Below, in pieces: positions 37,429 through 51,242 of a stretch of 64,000 nt of DNA (within the stretch, counting starts at the first letter, position 1; every line of letters begins with the position of its first letter). Source of the stretch: Callorhinchus milii (taxonomy: Eukaryota); the NCBI RefSeq assembly GCF_018977255.1, contig NW_024704742.1, positions 13,828,001 through 13,892,000 of the forward strand, in the 5' to 3' direction. The notes below the pieces were generated by a model that saw only the letters and a program-made list of their open reading frames with translations, did not search any database and had not been told where the DNA came from. A program made the position numbers and the translations under genes.

Positions 37429-38624
37429 TTAACAAACTACATTGTATTGGGGACTATGTTTTTGACTTTTACATTCGAAATTGCAGCAGAAAAGTTGTGC
37501 TATACTCTAATAGATGTCATCAATTCAATCACAATTACTATTGTGTCAACTTTTTGACTGTGACTATCACTTTGAGAAGTGAAAAACAAGGTGCATTATA
37601 CTTATGTCAATAATAGCATGGTGATTTTTGTCTTGTTTCCTGGAAAAAAATATGAAATCCAGTATGTGACCACACATCACTTTAAAATAGTCAGTCTGAT
37701 TTTTCTTATGGATTTCTTGTTTAACATTTAAGGACTTGGATTTTAATGGAATCTATGGAAAATATTGTTGTGCCAAATGTAATGCATTCTACGAAAATCC
37801 CATTGATCCTGTTTGTGACTTATGGATCATTTACAATAAACATCCTGGAATGCACCTATCTGCAATAATTATGTTACATCGCTGACAACCAGAAACTTGA
37901 CCAGTCTCAAAGCACAATTTGTATCTCAATGATAATTAAACAGTAGAGTGTTATTAATTCAGAAAAGCCTATGCAAAACTGTATTTAAACTAGAATCATA
38001 ACCAGACCATTTAATGTATTAAGGAGCATGTGAATAGGAAGGGAAATGTGGATGGATGAAGACTGTTGGATATTCTGCCACATCAGTACTTAATAGACTG
38101 TGGAAAATGAGTTGTTGAACATGGGCTAAATAAGGCTGGGAATAGTTTCATTGATACCATCCACTAACTCAGCTCCCAGTAGCAGGGATTTTGTTACAGT
38201 AATCAGAAAATGAATTTTGATTAATGATTTTCTAGTATATTACTAGTTAAAAATGTATGGTCAGTGGTTTTCTAATGGATGGGAATCCATTAGCAAACAA
38301 ATGATTGATAGAGCATGAATCTAAAAGGGCATTAGTCTTTTTCTAAAAAAAATTGAAAAAAAGGACCGTACATTGTACAGAATTTATTCTGAGCACTTCA
38401 TCAGCAGAAATTACTATAGCAGCTACATCTTATTTTCAGCTGTGATAAATGCTACAAACATATTGTTTTGTTTTGTAAAATGGATACGCAAAGAGAGATG
38501 AGAGCAAATTTTTGTTGAGCTTTATCTTCGCCTTGTTCTAAATTTCAGAAAAAAATTACCAAGAATTTCCTTCTTAAAACATTTCAAATCCTTCCAGAAC
38601 TCTGCAAAGCTCAGGAGGAACATT

Positions 38625-38915
38625 GAATAGCTTAGGAACCCAGTTGTTAGTCAATTGGTGGATTGCTTTCCGGGGGTTATAATTCCCTCAAAAACAAACA
38701 AACAAGCAAGCAAGCAAGCAAGCAAGCAAACAAACAAACAAACAAACATCTTCAATCAATCCATAACTGTTTGAGAGGCACTGCTTTGCATAACTGGTTG
38801 CCACATTTCACTCACAAAATATATAGTCAATTCATTTTACAGTATATTCTGTGAAGTGCTTTGAGACATGTCAACAACATGATAAGGTCCTATATCAAAT
38901 GCAAGGATTATTATA
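38625..38915 (+). mobile_element. Long-variant SINE 3' part with internal (CAAA)n/(CAAG)n microsatellite
   Basis: taggaacccagttgttagtc...ataattccctc, microsatellite at 38690-38748, Deu-like domain and tail. Confidence 0.85.
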
Positions 38916-39069
38916 AACTCTTCAGGATGAGATAAGCAAGGTGTATTCTTCCAGGAAAAGAAAGTAGTCAGGCTCACCATACCAGACAAATGGATATTTC
39001 CACAGTGTTAAGCAATATGGTGGATTTCCACATATATAAGTTATCTGGCTGACCAAAAAATATCTGTTC

Positions 39070-39345
39070 GACAACAACTGCATTTATATAGCATCTCTCA
39101 CGCAAGGTAGTGTCCCAGAGTGGCAGAGCGGATGCCAAGCTGGGGAAAGGGAGGTAGCCGTAGGCATGGTCAAATAGGACGGTATTCAGGCGCGGTCTGA
39201 AGATAGGGCAGGAAGCGACAAGGAGGAGGGATAGAGGGGCAATGCAGACAGATAGAGGAAGAGTGTTCCAGAGTTTGGGGACATAGGGGCTGAAACCATG
39301 GCTTCCAATGGTGGAATGGAGAGCACAAGGGATCTCATCAAGACC
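39070..39345 (-). mobile_element. Old L2 3' fragment
   Basis: caacaactgcatttatatagc tail and gtgttccagagtttggg motif. Confidence 0.65.
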
Positions 39346-39494
39346 TCAGTCACCTAGCCAACCAGCTTGGATTTTAAGACCAGGTTTTGTTCTTCCGAAT
39401 ATCAATGCACACCGACAATTAGATTGAACAAAATCAGGAAAAGCAGTCTCAGTTGTACAAAAACTGGATGGTGCAATTAAAAAAAAAGAGTTAA

Positions 39495-39562
39495 GACATG
39501 AGCCTGGAAATTGTAGATCAGTTAGCCTAACATCTGTATGAGAAAATACTTGAATGGATAGT
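39495..39562 (+). mobile_element. CR1 RT N-terminal fragment
   Basis: cctggaaattgtagatcagttagcctaacatctgta = PGNCRSVSLTSV, the CR1 PGNYRPVSLTS motif. Confidence 0.6.
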
Positions 39563-40716
39563 TACATAAAATAAAGAAAATTTTCCTGAGGCCCATCAAA
39601 TCCAACAACAATAAATTACATTTGTATATCGTCTGTCATGTCGGGAGGATGTCCTAAAGTGCCAGACAGTCAGGGATTTGGACCATCCACTATAATTTCC
39701 CCCTTCTCATTCCAACTCCCACACAACATTCTAACCATACTAACTGCTCTCCTGTCTCCTCCAACTGAAAACTAACAAATAGAGAAAAATAGCTCATTTG
39801 GAAAAACAATATCTTTAATTTTACTTAAGGCTATATCTAACATGCACTGGCATTGTAAAGAGTTGTTATATGTTCAGTCTTTTTAGGGATAATATTAGTT
39901 CTTGGTTAGTTTTTCGATGATCCAGTATAACAAAATGACTTTATATGCTAAGACCAGATGCAATTTCAAGGCTAATAATGCAGCAAAATGCCCAGAGTGG
40001 ATGGCGTTGAATGCATGATAAGGTAGATGCACAATGGTTTATGGAAAAAATTACCTTTGAAACATTCTTACATGATGGGTGTTTTATACGTAAATGCAAA
40101 TCATTGTTATGAACTGACTGACTTATAATTGATTAGCTATAATGAATAATTCTGAGTCTTCAGATCAGGAATAAATGTGTCTGCCAGTAGAGGACTCTCT
40201 AACTGCAAAAACATATTCATTAATTTTGCTTGATTGGGGTTCCACTTCCCTTGTTTAAGACTTTTCCATGTCCACATTAATACTGGTTACTGGTGTGTGT
40301 TTCCACTGGAGTTCTGCCAGAAATACCAACTTGCACCTGAAACGTACTGAACTCTCATAAACCATTCAGGCACCCTACAGGGACAGCTTGTAAGAAATTG
40401 ATTTAAACATTGGACAATATATTTTTCCTATATGATCCCATTGCATATTGCAGGCATTTACCTACAAACACTGTATCTACACTTTACACTGAATCCTGTG
40501 AAGCACTTTGCACTAAATCCTGTGAAGCTCTCCCGACTTGAAAGGCATTATAACAAATGCAGGGATCATTATTATATTAATAGGTATGTCTCATGGGGGA
40601 AGGGGCTTAAAGGAAATTATATCATTATTCCTAATTTTGTTGTAAAGCTCCGAAAATGTGCACAAGGCAAATCCTGAATCTATTCTTTTTATGGGATGAA
40701 AAATGTGGTATTTGGT

Positions 40717-41740
40717 AACACATAAAAACATAAGAAATGCTAGACGAAAAAAAGGCCAAGGCCAAGTTCGCCTTCCACATTCCTGGTGGTCGGGTGCACA
40801 TATATCCCGAACTACCTATGTACTATGTTCCATAATGTCATTTGCTAAAAGAAAAATATCTAATCTGTGTTTGAAGGAATAAACATTTCCTGCTTCAAGC
40901 GTCTCCCTAGGGAGCCTGTTCCACATGTTTACTATTTGTTCACTGAAATCGTGTTTTCATAGATTTGTTCTGAATTTACCCGCCTTCAATCGCAGGCCGT
41001 AAACTCTGGTTTTACTATTCTGAACTAGTTGAAACAGCCTGTCATGATCTACATTGTCTTACCCCTTTAGAATCTTAAAGACAGTAATCATATCTCCTCT
41101 CAATCTTCTCTTTTCCAGTATGAACAAGCCCAATTTACTTAGTCTCTCCTCATAATTCAGTCCCTTAATTATTCTGGTTGCCCTTCTCTTTATCCTCTTG
41201 ATTTCTCCCATATACTTTTTGTGCTGTGGTGACCAGAACTGTACGCAGTACTCTAAGTATGGTCTCACCAATGATTTATACAGGTTCAGGATTACCCCAC
41301 TATTTTGGCTCGCTATTGATCTTTTGATACATCCACAGCCACAGAGCATTGTTTAGAGAGCTTCAATTTATTGTCAATCAGGACCCCAGGTCATTTTCAT
41401 TTTCCATACATATTATTTTCCTTCCATTTAAATAATAGTCCCTTCCTGGATTTTTTGTCCCCATGTGAAATAGTTTATATTTTTCCAATTCCCAAGTATA
41501 TTCAAATCCTCCTGTAACCTATCTTGTTCAGCTTTGCAATCTTCCACCCTCATTAGCTTGGTGTCATCTGCAACTTTAGCCAAATTTAGCCTGCGACTCC
41601 TAGTTCCAGATTATTTATAAAAATATTAAACAAAAAAGGTCTCAAAACAGACTCTTGTGGTTCTTTACTGGTAACATTTTTCCAGTTTTATGACATTCCC
41701 AGTACCACCGCCCTCTGGATTCTTCTGGTCAACCAGCGTA
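40717..41740 (-). mobile_element. CR1-clade LINE, 5'-truncated, decayed RT + C-terminus + 3' UTR
   Basis: ORF 41059-41349 LYKSLVRPYLEYCVQFWSP..YEERLSKLGLFILEKRRLRGDMI. KVADDTKL (FADD-like) at ~41555-41578. (TTATG)-type tail. Confidence 0.92.
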
Positions 41741-41819
41741 TCCATCAAATCTGTTATGAAACAGCAGAATCACAGTCAATACCAATCGCCTGGTTTAGGG
41801 TATGAACATCCCCTGAGTT

Positions 41820-41998
41820 ATAACAATAATCCTTGCATTTGATACATGCCTTATCATGCCTTCCAGACTCCTCAAAGTGTTTCCCAGAATATACTGTAAA
41901 GTGAATTGGCTATATTTTGTGGGTGAAACATGGCAGCCAATTGCACACAGCAGTGTCCCACCAACAGTCACGGATTGAGTGACCAAATTATTATTTTT
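41820..41998 (-). mobile_element. SINE 3' half
   Basis: Reverse-complement Deu-like domain and tail. Confidence 0.85.
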
Positions 41999-42252
41999 CT
42001 GCAGCACAGTGATTGGGTTAGAAGAATTCCGTGATCCCAATCGCAGAGAACAACATTTTTATGAAACTAAAAATAAGATCCACATAACTTAACCAGTATC
42101 CTGTTAAGTAGCATTCAAATGCTGCCTCTGGGAACAAGAAGACATATTTTGCAGCCCACTATAATAAAGCAGGTATTCAGGAACTGAACAATTTTGAAAG
42201 TAGGCTTCAGATCAAACCATTGTGCTGAAGTTTGAACAGGTGAGGGAAGAGG

Positions 42253-42573
42253 AATAATAATAAATAATAATCCTTGCATTTGATATAGCGCTTTTCACGT
42301 CTTCTTGACGTCTCAAACCGCTTCACTGAATTTGCTGTGAAGTGAATTGACCGTATATTTATGGGTGAAACGCGGCAGCCAATTGCACACAGCAATGTCC
42401 CACAAACAGTCGTGGATTGAAAATGACCAATTTATTATTGTTTTGTTTTGGAGGGATTATTATTAGGCGTGTGGAGTAAGGAAACTTGCCCAAGATTTCG
42501 TCCCGCCTGGAATTGAACCCAGGTCTCTCGCTTGCAAGGCGAGTGCTCTAACCACTAAGCTACAGGACTCCAC
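42253..42573 (-). mobile_element. Full-length young tRNA SINE
   Basis: Reverse complement of 505-826. Confidence 0.92.
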
Positions 42574-43333
42574 AACAGGAATTCATACCCCAAACCAATT
42601 GTTAGTTATTGATTGAATTCAACTGTTTCTTGACAGATTCAATGTGGTAATTATTCCACCTATTCTTTTATGAAGCATCACATTTTTATTCCTAAATATG
42701 ACAAATAGGAAAAAAATATTCTTAAAGATTGTTATAAATATAACTTAGGAAATAACTTAAGAGATTTGAATGTTATAATATCACATGCTCTTTGATTTGT
42801 AGGAGTGAGAATTCAGTTTCAAATTGCACTTTACAGTATAACAACACCAAACAACTTGCACTTATATAGTGCCCTCCATGCAGCGTAGCGTCTCAGAGTG
42901 CTTAAAACATAATACTAGAATAGATTTAATTTGCTGTACTATAACATGTAAAATAATAAAATAAAATAATAAATACCATTTCAAACAAACTACTCCCTCA
43001 ACTAACTATGGTGACTTTTGCTTAATTGGAGATGTTCAGTAGATTATCTGTAAGAAACAATATTTTGATGAAATTAAAAATTTGTCTGTGACATACACAC
43101 ACTCATATATTCCAATAATGCATTACATACTACAGTAGAAGGAAAGAGTTTTTGCTTGTGACTTTATAAAATAATCAGTCCCCCTCACCCCCGCATATCA
43201 GCAGAAATACAATAGTACTGTATGATAATTATCCTCTCTGCATGCCACACTAATATATATCAGGAAGCAAGAGAAAATGCAGTTGGTTAATATTAATGGT
43301 TGTTGATTAAAGCAGAGGGAACATTTATAAACT

Positions 43334-43610
43334 CAATAATAATAATAATAATAATCCTTGCATTTGATATAGCGCTTTTCACGTCGGGAGGACTTCCCAA
43401 AGCGCTTCACAGAACACACTGTAAAGTGAATTGACTGTATATTTGTGGGCGAACGCGGCAGCCAATTGTGCACAGCAATGTCCCACAAACAGTCGTGGAT
43501 TGAAAATGACAATTTATTATTGTATTTGGTTTTTGGAGGGATTATTATTAGGCTCTGTGTGGAGTAAGGAAACTTGCCCAAGGTTTCGCCCTGCCTGGAA
43601 TTGAACTCAT
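43334..43610 (-). mobile_element. Young SINE truncated at the B box
   Basis: Reverse complement of ~558-826. Confidence 0.92.
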
Positions 43611-44044
43611 TTGAATTGAACAATGGGCTTGCATCAATGAGCTACTCCTGAAGGTTTGTGTCTAAGAAGAAACATGATTTGTTCGTATTAATAAAAACTT
43701 ATTGGACTCAGGTCTTGTTTTGTAGAATGTTAATTACATTAGTCGTGCTGTCTGATGCAATGATTATTCTGTAATACATCTGTGGTATTTTTCTCCAAAT
43801 GCTTTAAAATGCTCAAAGCTTGCTTAAATTTTCAAGAGCAAAAGATTACAGAATGGTTGAAACAAGGGACCGGGATTGAAATTCCAAGTGGGCCTAGATA
43901 GTCTGCATATTCTTAGCATTTCAGAACCCAAATCTATTATTTTCTTTTCTGTGAGTTTTTTTTAAACAACTACAGAAAAACGATTTCAAAGACTGACAAC
44001 AATTTAGAAAATAGAGTAAATTTAAGTCCAGGTGGAATTGCCCC

Positions 44045-44462
44045 GCACACCCACCCACACACACCCACACCCCACCCCACCCCCACACCCCACCCCCACA
44101 CCCACCCCCATCACCCACCCACATCCACACCCACAGTCACCCACACACACCCACAGCTACCCACACCCACCCCACCCTCACAGTCACCCACAGTCACCCC
44201 ACCCTCACAGCCACCCACGCCCACAGCCAGCCACGCCCACAGCCACACACACCCACAACCATTGCCCTCCCCCCAGCCATCCCACCCACAGCCACCCACA
44301 CCCGCAGCCCCACAACCACAGCCCCCCGCAGCCGCCCACACCCACACCCACCCCACACCCACCCCACATCCACCCACACCCACAGTCACCCACCCCACCA
44401 ACACCCACAGCCACCAACACCCACCAGCCACCCATACCCACTCACACCCACATCCCCTCCCC
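44045..44462. repeat. Degenerate (CACCCA)n low-complexity repeat, about 420 bp
   Basis: C/A-rich hexamer periodicity with cacagt/cacagc variants. Confidence 0.9.
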
Positions 44463-45274
44463 TGAGCACTTGGTGAAAATGAAATACTTCTTCAAGTGGC
44501 TGAGGTGTAGCACAAGCTAGAACATTTGGGGTGTAACTATTGATGATTCCCCAAATTTCCTCAGCTTGTGATGTGTGTAAATAGGATGAAAGCTATACAA
44601 ATAGTATAGTTACTATACTGTAGTTAGTTTAAACTGATTTTCAAAATGTTCTTGTTTACCTGCCTCAACAATCATATGAACTGTATATAACTTGTAAAAT
44701 AACATTCATGTTTATATTTAATTTTGCACAGCTGTAATTTAAGCATTGTGAGATTCTGCCCCGTGTGAAGGGAGCTATATAAATTCAAGTTGTTGTTGTT
44801 GACTTTAAACAATGAACCTCTGTGCGCTCCATGCTTTTTTTGATGTAGGTGACATGCTACTTTCTTCCATTTGGCAAATTCACTGAATTTATGTACTTAT
44901 AAATAAAGGCAATGCAATTTTAAACATTAGCTGATTAAAATTTAAAATTGCATGATGTTCATTATATAAATGGAAAAGGACTAATTTACTAAACTTGTTA
45001 AACAGCATTGAAAAGGGCTTAGCCCACATTGACAAATTTGCTACAAATAATAGAGTGCAAAAAGCAATAGAAGTCCAAAGTTATTTAGATATTTTGGGGG
45101 AATAAAGTACCCTTATGTGTTTTAGGGTTACCAGTTTTGTGGTACATACAATTTTATTTAACTATTGATGTGCTTAGCATCCAAGTATTTTAACATCCAC
45201 CATACAGACCTTATTTTTTAAGAATAAAAAGTTCTGTATCAATCTTTACTTTGTCCCATATCTCTTCTTGTCAC

Positions 45275-46240
<966 letters not shown>

Positions 46241-46884
46241 TATTATGATGATTTGTCTTTTGGCTTTTCATTCCTATTCATTTATAAGCTTTATATAAAT
46301 TTGAGATGCAATTATTAAGGAGCTTTTGGAATGCTCTGTCTCAAATGGACCTCTTTTATCCTATAAGTCGTACGACCATTTACATATTAAGTTAACATGT
46401 GGTTAGATTATAAAATTTTAACAATATGTACACTTTATATTTATGATGATTCTAAGTTAAAAGCACTTGGCAATATACGCCATAATCATTGGTTTATGAC
46501 TGTTAGTCATTCATTTGTGGGAGAAAGGTTGAATAATGCATTATATAATAAATCTAATACAATTTTGTAGAGTTGTTTTCTGTGGTGCCTGTATTGTTTT
46601 TCAAAGTTGCTACGAATCATTTCAAATGTTGGAGAAAGGCTTTAGTTACAGTGGGCCATGCAATTGATTTTCAATAAAGTGGATGTCTCCTAATCATTAG
46701 GAAGAATAATGGATTCAGGCAATCTGAGCAAATTTATATTGTTTCAAACAAACAACAAGCAAACAAAAATGTTTGGGACTGGAGGAAAAGTCTGTCCAAA
46801 AGAAATCCAAATTCCATTTTCTTCCAAACAGAAGGTGAACAGAAATGTTCAGAATTCAGAACATCACTCACATTAGGTACCATT

Positions 46885-47207
46885 GTGGAGTCCTGTAGCT
46901 CAGTGGTTAGAGCACTCGCTTTGCAAGTGAGAGACCTGAGTTCAATTCCAGGCAGAGGGCGAAACCTTGGGCAAGTTTCCTTACTCCACACGCCTAATAA
47001 TAATCCCTCCAAAAAAACAAAACAATAATAAATTGGTCATTTTCAATCCATGACTGTTTGTGGGACATTGCTGTGCGCAATTGGCTGCCGCGTTCGCCCA
47101 CAAATATACAGTCAATTCACTTTACAGTGTGTCTGTGAAGCGCTTTGGGACGTCCTCCCGACGTGAAAAGCGCTATATCAAATGCAAGGATTATTATTAT
47201 TATTATT
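46885..47207 (+). mobile_element. Full-length young tRNA SINE
   Basis: Near-identical to 505-826, with intact A and B boxes. Confidence 0.93.
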
Positions 47208-47432
47208 GCACTCTTTCACAAAGACCTTTAATCTGATCACTCGTAGTGGCAGAAGCAGAGGAAAAAGAAGATTCTCCAACTTTCTTTAGTTCTTCAGCTG
47301 CAAGATGACACTCAGTGAAATAAAATGCAAAGTACTGGATAACTTACAACAGGGGGATACTGTGTTGGTTTTGATCCCATAGAAACTAGCAGAGCCACAA
47401 TGGGTTATATTCCTCTTCCACCCATCTTGGCA

Positions 47433-47836
47433 TCAGCCTGACTCAATTAGTGGCATTATCACCTCTGGGAGAGAGAGTTATAGGTTCAAATCTAGGTCAG
47501 ATATTTGAGCTTCTAGTCTGTGCTGACACTCCAATGCTAAAGCAGTGCTAGTTGTGTGCAGCATTGTCAGAGGTGCTGTCTTTTGGATGAGACGTTAAAC
47601 TGAAATCTCAAAAGGAGAAAGGTATTTCTCCCGATGTCCTGGATGACAGTTCCCCAGATAAAATTGGTCATTCACTTCATGGCTATTTGTGGGACATTGC
47701 TGTGTGCAAATTGGCTGCCGTGTTCACCTATAAATGCACAGTCACTACAGTTCACGGTAAAATTCTGTGAAGCTCTTTAAGACATTTTCCCAATGTGAAC
47801 ATCTTCCCAACTTCACCAAATGCAAGGATTATTGTT
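47433..47836 (+). mobile_element. SacSINE1-like DeuSINE
   Basis: Head, gaggtgctgtcttttggatgagacgttaaac, Deu domain and tail. Confidence 0.8.
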
Positions 47837-48783
47837 ACTTTTTTTAATCTCTCTACTAAATGTTATACATTTTCATTATCTTATTTGAAAATGTTTGATT
47901 CTTCTTGACGCAATCTCAGATACCATTCAAGTTTACTCGAAATTTGACTCAGTTGGTTTGCAACAATGACAATGAGGATCGACCACCACACAGCTCAATT
48001 TGTTGATAGTGGATGTGTAAATGTCTACTACAATTTTTTTTAATTAAACCAAATCATTTGCTTTTTAGTGTCAATTTTATTGACATCTCCAGCTCTTCGC
48101 AACTCTGTTTTTGTTCTATCTCATCAAATCACAAGAGACACAATAATCAGTGCATTGTCTTGTGAATGATAAAATTGCTATCTACTGTTATGAATAGTTG
48201 ATTCTAATTCTTTTCCAAAAGCTGTCAGTGCACATTAAGCAACTCAGTAGAGAGATAAAGAGGATCATATGTGTAAAAGTGCCAGGCACTCTGGCTCTTA
48301 TCTGATATTACCACTTTATAGATGGATCACTAAGTAAAAGGATCATTGGAGCATGTGTAAGTATAAAAATGTGTCACAATCATCTGCAAGATGTTGTAAT
48401 CCCTCCCTCTATAAATGCAGTTTAATTCACTCTCATACCCCTTTATTTTGTTCAGAAAAAAGGAAGTATAAAATTAATTAAAAGTTTTAATTACAGTGAT
48501 TATGAAAACAGCATCTGCAAATCATAGGTTTCAGCATTCAAGAGTCTACTGACTCCTCTAAGGAATCATTTGTACTAAGCTTGACAGTAAATGTCCACCT
48601 TCTCATTCATTACTCCATCAGTGATGTTTTGGTTAACGAATGGTGTAGGAAAGACATCCTTTCATTTGGACTGTTAGGCTGTTCAGGATAAAAACATGCC
48701 TTGTACATTACAATGGATGTCTGACTCATGTGGAAACTTACCAATGTGCTTAACACTATCCATACCAAACAGCGCCATGTGTC

Positions 48784-49101
48784 CTACCTACACATGGAAA
48801 TTCCAGAGATATTCATTGAAATTGAAAGTGCACTCTCTCCTTCGAGGGTATTAGGTGTCAGTTTGGAAGAGCCATGACTTGGGAACTCCATGGTGTACCC
48901 TGAGGTACTGATGGAGTCTACCCAGCTAGTCCGCATAGCTTGCCATTGAGAGTCCTGCCAGGCCAGCCTTCCTGCTGCTTGTCCAGCTGGGACCATCCTA
49001 CCCATTGGGGCTTTGTCTTGCAGGGTTAACAGGAACTGAGTGGGAAGTGTCCCTTCCACCAAGGCCTGCCTTTCCAAGACCTGCCTATGAGCCAGTCTCA
49101 T
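48784..49101 (-). mobile_element. Probable DIRS-like (tyrosine-recombinase retrotransposon) RT N-terminal relic
   Basis: AGRLAWQDSQWQAMRTSWVDSISTSGYTMEF fits the GRL..W..WV..I..GY.(L/I)EF signature. Locally GC-elevated. Confidence 0.45.
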
Positions 49102-50734
49102 TGGGCTGTCATCAACAGTGCCCTGTAGTAGTACAGACTTGCCTGGCTCAGGAAATGAACAATTAAGCCAACAGATGGTTGGCTTAATTCTGACATTCTG
49201 TTGCTAAACATGTTAGCTTGGAGCCAATTCAGTTCCAAGGAAACCCCACCCCCACCAACGACATTAAATGTTGAGCTTTATAATATGAATCATTTTTTCA
49301 AGGAAACACTAATAATTATTATCTCATTGTGGGTGCCTGTTAATATAGGGTTTCAGTCAGCAGGTGAGTTTGTGGTGAATGGACTCAATAACCAATGAGT
49401 AAAATATTTGGTAAACTGGTTGAATACAATTTAAATGTATTTGGTACCTTTCACATTGGGAGGTACCTCAAAGTATTTTGCATGGTTGGCTGTGTCCTAA
49501 ATAAATACTTTTCCATTGGATTAATGTGAAAATAATCTAACCTTTGAATTGGAATATTCTTCTTAATTAAGCAACAATTGTTCCCTTTTAGCTCTTATCT
49601 AATTTTTTCTATCACGTTTTATTAGATTGTATGATTCAGTGGAGAAACTCTCATGTGATATGTTACCTCACATGAATTTCAACAATACAACAAACAATAT
49701 ATGCACTATGTGTGTGGCATGGTGTGATGTAATGGGCTATAATGATAATAATAATTCTTAAATTTGCTAAAGTACCTTATCACATCATTGTGCATTAAAG
49801 ATGACACAGTTGAATCCAAAATATCAACAGTGACCTAAAGGACTCAATGTGTACCATGATCTGTTGTCATAACCATAAACAAAATACTACAATGGAAAGA
49901 ATTCCACTTGATACACCCGAATATTACTCACAGTATATCATTGTTGGATCACAATAGAAATACCTTATCTCAACCATCCTTCATGTTATTTTTTTCCAGT
50001 TGTTTATTCTCTGTGTGTGAAAAAATACTTTCTGGTGTCTGTCCTGAAATTATTCTTTGCAAACCTAAACATTGGCCCTCTTAGTTCTTCATAACGCAAC
50101 CCTTTAACACTGGGGATCAACATTTAAAGAGGACCACAGAGCAGAACCCAACCTATACATACAGTCTTTGAGGCTTTAACGCTTGCAGCACATTTCCCTA
50201 CTTGTTTGCATATTAATTAGAACAAGATATTATCCAGTCAAGAGCAAAGATCTTTTTATATCCAGTCACGTGTAAAAACACAACTATCACACAATTATAC
50301 TTGTATTCCTTATTTAACTTATTTGTTTAACCATGGCAATCAATATTATTACTACTCATCTGAAATAAACAATGCCCATAACAATTGGTAGTTTCAGCAT
50401 CAAAATGTTTTTCTCTTATTATAACCAACATAGATTGTTACATGTAGTGTTAGAAAGGATATTTAGACACATCTGGCTCTACACTGACAACATTTCTATT
50501 AGGAATGGGGCGAGGTGTGCTGAATGTTTTATTTAAACTGCTGGACACAGTTGTTTCCAGCAGCAAAATGATTGAGAGCAGAGATAGGATTTGCACTTTC
50601 CTCTGAAGCACATTGGATGTGGGCTGTGGAGAGTTCTGTGTGTGGGCAGAACTCCACTAATGGGTGTTACTTTTTCAAGAGTTATGGAGGGGCAGCCATG
50701 CGACCATCTCTTCAGCATCTTTAAAAATATATGA

Positions 50735-51242
50735 CTGGATTATTGGACACAGTTTTGGACACCCCATTCCAGATGGATATGAAACCAATAAAAAAAGTGT
50801 AGTGTAGACTCAATTTATAGGGTTGACGGGTTTCAGTTATGATGAGAGATTTGAGAAATGAGGGTTGTTTTCACTATGTTTTCAATGGTCGAAGGGGTGA
50901 CCTGGTAGAAGTATTCAAGATCGTGAAGGGTTATGTAGGGAAATATTAGAATTTTTCCACTGACCCGCAAGTCAGTATCCAGAGTGTACAAATTTAAGAT
51001 ATTCACAGAAAGGAATAAAAGACAAGGTTAGAAAAAATCCACACGGAATATGGATTCTCTCCCACAAACCATAATTGAGAGTTTATGAAATCTTTTAAGA
51101 GGGAATTGGATAGATGCTTGAAGAGGAGAAATATTATATGCAAGATAGTAGGATTAGATTGGTTCTTTTGGACAAAAATACAAGCACAAATTTGATGGAT
51201 TGAATGACCTGTTTCTGTGCTTTAGCATTCCATGATTCTATG
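50735..51242 (+). mobile_element. CR1-clade LINE 3' fragment
   Basis: cagttttggacacccc (QFW.P), ggggtgacctggtagaagtattcaagatc (GDLVEVFKI) and tail atgattctatga. Confidence 0.82.

Noticed and set aside
44032..44520. 162-aa Pro/His/Thr-rich ORF and overlapping antisense ORFs
   Set aside because: Product of the stop-free (CACCCA)n repeat.
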